Shown: one piece after another, positions 60,838 to 64,000 of the stretch
Layout of the letters: each line of letters starts with the position of its first letter
Position numbering within the stretch: the stretch's first letter is position 1
From: Eledone cirrhosa
Lineage: Eukaryota
DNA length: 64,000 bases
Assembly (NCBI GenBank): GCA_964016885.1
Contig: OZ024747.1
Span: 17,298,001 to 17,362,000, forward strand
Direction of reading: 5' to 3'
Notes under the pieces: generated by a model
The model's input: only the letters and a program-made list of their open reading frames with translations
Told to the model about the DNA's origin: nothing
The model's database searches: none
Position numbers and translations under genes: made by a program

Positions 60838-63029
60838 TATATACATATATATATATATATCGAATGTAGAAAAGTATACGTATATATATATACTTTATAT
60901 ATATATATATTGTCATAATTGTTTCTACTATTGGCACAAGGCCAGCAATATATCATTGTCATAATGTGCAAGATATGTATTTACTTGTGTCGGACTTGAA
61001 AAATTGGAGGTTTATTATCACCTGTCTGACAGATAGTAGTGTCTGTTTTATACTACACTACATCTCATTTTTCTTAGATATATTTGAGCAGATAGATACT
61101 TTAATGAATTACTGCGTTACAAACATGTACATGTGATATTGCAAGTTGTGGGATATTTCATTAAACACAGGACATGAGAATTATTAATACAAGTTATGTT
61201 ATTAAAATGGATTGCTTTTCGAGACAGCTGATGTCAGAGTTGACTCGTTGACTTGAAGTTTTATATCGAAGCAACTACTATATCTTCATGAAATGATGGA
61301 GTTATATCAGCAGCACTGAAGAGGTTAGACTTCCGAATTAGTATTGCCTAGTCATAATTCCACTTATTTGCCAGTAATTCTAAGCTGATAGCTTTCCATA
61401 TACGGAAGTTCATGTGTGTTTGTGTGAGGCGGGGGGGGGGGGGGGGGGTATTTTGTTTGTTTCTCTTAAATTTTGGTATAATTTTGGCCGGATACCTTTC
61501 CTCTGATTAGGTTGTAGTACATAAATTAGCCTTCTCCTCGTCCCCTGATTTACAGATTTCAAATATTCCAAATTTACGCGACCATTTGTAGTTTATAGAT
61601 TAAGGAACTGCGTTCTTTCTCCACGAATCCAAGTTCAGCCTCGCTTTCCTTCTTCCTTCTAGTCTTGCAAGCACCTAAAGGGGAAAGGGTAATACAGGGA
61701 CCTGCCTTTGTAATTCAGTAAATGTGCCAACTTTGACTAGCTGTAAATAACTCAAGCAAAATAGTTTAGTTAATACCATCACAAGCATTCTAGTGAAGAA
61801 TAAAATCACTTTTAGTAGATAAAAATGTTTTACTCAATAACAAATATAACTATGTTGAGCAGTTTCCCTCTCCTCATCAACTATATATTTAGGTTTCTGC
61901 TGTTTACATGTAGAACATACTGGCAAATCAATTTTTGAAACGTATCCTGTGTAGTATATTCAACTGCAATCTCGTCCGATCAGCAATATACTTAAGGTGT
62001 ATTGAAACATACTCCGATCCAACTGTAGTGAATATTCTGTCTATATTCCACTAAGTTAATTAAAATCTAAGTTTCATATTCTCTGTTCATTAAACAGTGT
62101 CGCTTTACATCCACATCGTATATCCCCTACACGTTATTTGACTTAACCATTAACAACCAAAATGTATGTGTACCCGTATTATTGAATACTAAATTATCAT
62201 ATTAGTTCAAGGCCATATACCAGTAAAAGTGAGTGCATGCGATTGAGTAGACCACGGCAAATGCCTGAGGATTAATTACTCTATTACATTTATCAACTAA
62301 AGTGCAGAGCGAAAGACAAATTAAACCATTCCAAGATTTGAAGTCATTATAAATAACAAATTTAATACAGAAAGGAACGTATTTCGTCCAGTAGTTTCAC
62401 GTTCTTCTCACTCAAATATAATCTCTGTTGGAGAATATTGATCAGGCAATATATTACACACTTAAGATATTGTTTGAGGACTCTACCTCCACGACCGTCT
62501 AAGGAATAGGTGGGTGAAGAAAAGAAGAAAACCTTATAGCCACAGAATCCAAACACATATTTATAACTTTACTGGTACTAAGTGACTCGATGATGATAGT
62601 TAAATTCACCTCGGGCAATATTTTAATGCACAAAATAACAAATGGTGTAACACTATGTCGCAACCTGTATAGTCATACAACATGTTTTGTTTTTCTTTTG
62701 GCAATGCAACACTTTCCGATTTAGAGAATATTAACAACTAGGCTGCATTAAATAAACTGAAGCGCTTCAGGCTGAGCCTGAAATAATAGAGAATGATGTT
62801 GTTTAGAATCTATCGATAAGTTGTTAATCAGATTTTCTCAATGTGTTATTGTGTTGGAACTAAAAAGAAAAGAACCAAAAAATGGATCAAAACATTAATA
62901 TCAAAACACTTATATCAAACGTTTTATGGAAAAGTAGACATATGTACGTAAGTATTTACAGGCAGACACAGGCAAATAATTTTATACACACACTCGCACA
63001 GAGAAACAGATGCACAAACACACACACAA

Positions 63030-63080
<51 letters not shown>

Positions 63081-63081
63081 G

Positions 63082-63670
63082 TACTAGCAGTGGTACCCAG
63101 CGTTGCATGGGATAAAGTATTGTGAAATATATAACCGCCTTAGATAAGCTTAGTATTGCTACAACCACGGCTGGCAAAGAAGGGTCTCGTGGTACGTAAG
63201 TAAGCAACACTGTGGCTTAAAAAGTGAGGAAGAAGTTGTGTGCACTTACCAAGTGTTTGGGGAATGAGTGTGAGATTTGTCTTGAGCAAGGGTGGCAGAA
63301 TAACCGGATGCACCAGACACCAGACATACAGACAGATATTATAAGGGCGCGTTCTGGAAGCAGAGCGAATTGTAGGAAGTGACGTAATGCAGACAGCCAG
63401 AGATACAGACAGATATTATAAGGGCGCGACATTATATGTATGTATCTATCTAAAAAGAGAAAGACTAAGAATTATAGAGAGAGATCGCTAAATCGCCTAA
63501 TGCCGTCCCTAGGCCATTGAAAATTTGAAAATGTTTTTGCTCAGAACACTCCCTGAAACATAAGTATTACATGTGCAAAGTTTGAAAATAGTCGGTTGGG
63601 TGATTCTCTAGTTTTAGGGATTCAAACTCACACACACAGACAGACATCCTCAGTTTTATATATATAGACT
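63082..63670 (+). mobile_element. non-autonomous Helitron/Helentron-like (DINE-1/HINE-type) element
   Basis: Starts TACTAGCAGTGGTACCCAGCGTTGC; contains GTGCAAAGTTTGAAAATAGTCGGTT, CACAGACAGAC repeats and a TTTTATATATATAGA end. Confidence 0.6.
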
Positions 63671-64000
63671 AACAGAAAACAACTTGTGGGCCGTTTTCTG
63701 CTAGCAAATCTAGTGTATATACTGATATTGTTGAGATTTGGATGAGAAATGTTTTCGGCACCACATGTTCACCGTTTCTCGGTGTGTCTTTTATGCATGT
63801 ATAAATATATATGTTATCTATACGGTGAAATCTTTGAAATAAATATATGTTAAAACGAAAAAGGAGAAAATAAATAACTGGCGGTTAGAAAAAAATATTC
63901 CTATGAAATTTTAATCATACCATTAGGTGTGAATAAGGAAATATTTTTTTATTGTCAAAACAAATGTTTAAAAGTTAAACTTCAATTTTTTGAATTATTT

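Noticed and set aside
61314-61348. CTGAAGA-GG..CC-GAAT
   Set aside because: Core mismatch, 2-bp stem II and no element context.

Overview
AT-rich, microsatellite-saturated metazoan non-coding DNA; the repeat content resembles an octopus/cephalopod genome (inference). I could not support any host protein-coding gene, and nearly all listed ORFs are artefacts of (TA)n/(CATA)n repeats. Recognisable content: a decayed ~3.3 kb R4/Dong-type non-LTR retrotransposon; fragments of RTE, Tx1, CRE-like, Vingi/Ingi-like, Tc1/mariner and Helitron-like elements; and about 20 copies of one tRNA-derived SINE plus a CORE-type SINE. The main signal is a dense population of small elements embedded in (TA)n, from roughly ten sequence-unrelated families. 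They share one architecture: a minimal type I hammerhead ribozyme motif (CUGAnGA..GAAA..palindromic stem III..UH), a fold-back inverted copy, and a one-sided 3' tail with a GAG(T/C)(A/G)(C/T)-like motif ~40-65 nt before the TA junction. One family encloses the N-terminus of a Penelope-like (Naiad-like) ORF, which ties the set to Penelope-like retroelements. All structures were read by eye, and coordinates may be off by a few bases.
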